From: Tubiluchus corallicola
Lineage: Eukaryota; Animalia; Priapulida
Direction: 5' to 3'
DNA: 64,000 nucleotides
NCBI GenBank assembly: GCA_030141605.1
Contig: JAQGDQ010000505.1
Coordinates: forward strand, 62,001 to 126,000
Under the pieces are notes generated by a model. The model was not told the origin of the DNA, did not search any database, and saw only the letters and a list, made by a program, of their open reading frames with translations. Both the position numbers and the translations under genes were made by a program. The first letter of the stretch is position 1. Each line of letters starts with the position of its first letter. This document shows, piece by piece, positions 63,590-64,000 of the stretch.

Positions 63590-63720
63590 TCATCATCATC
63601 ATACGCCCGTCACGTCTATTGTAGACATTGGGCAGGCAAAATTCTAAAACAAAAGAAATCTGCCTTCAGACAGGTAAACGCAGCAGTAATCCAGCAAAAA
63701 AAACTAGACACTGCTAAGCC
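63590..63720 (-). mobile_element. Retroposon 3' end with (GAT)n tail (same family as 12478-12620)
   Basis: Shared sequence with 12478-12620. Confidence 0.65.
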
Positions 63721-64000
63721 AGTGGCTTGTCAGATTCGCAGATTTCGCGCTATTTTGATGGTAAGCGTCTGTCATCTAGCGACGAAGAAGAGAGTTAAAT
63801 AAATTAAAAAGATGCCAAAGATGACGTACATCATGTTATGTATACAATTAACTATTGCAACCATGGGCAAAAAGCTATTAGATTCCGCCTGATCAGTGAT
63901 CATCGAAGGTAATCAAAACGTTCATTTTTTCACGTTTGTCATGCAGTAGTAATAACTGCCTATCTAAATAAAAAACTCCTCAGTATCAGGCAGTTGCCAG

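Overview
AT-rich eukaryotic (invertebrate-like) genomic DNA. It holds two spliced minus-strand genes whose exons I joined by hand with consistent GT-AG phases. REXO2/oligoribonuclease spans 5922-16526 with 6 coding exons. HAUS6/augmin subunit 6 spans 36533-63072 with about 21 coding exons (~1074 aa). An unassigned 260-aa plus-strand ORF (3602-4384) converges on REXO2. The rest is a patchwork of mobile DNA: a young non-coding LTR retroelement in the last REXO2 intron (350-bp LTRs differing at 2 positions, tRNA-Leu-like PBS, PPT, ATAT TSD), a solo LTR that also has an ATAT TSD, a foldback element, hAT-type MITEs with 8-bp TSDs, CR1/L2/RTE LINE relics, and mini/microsatellites. The solo LTR sits in the centre of one of two ~70-bp quasi-palindromic direct repeats that bound an unclassified ~0.9-kb unit. 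The most interesting leads are this direct-repeat unit, the shared ATAT targeting, a possible LTR-polyadenylated tail-anchored REXO2 isoform, and a candidate 19-nt poison microexon in HAUS6. All were read by eye; no searches or computations were run.
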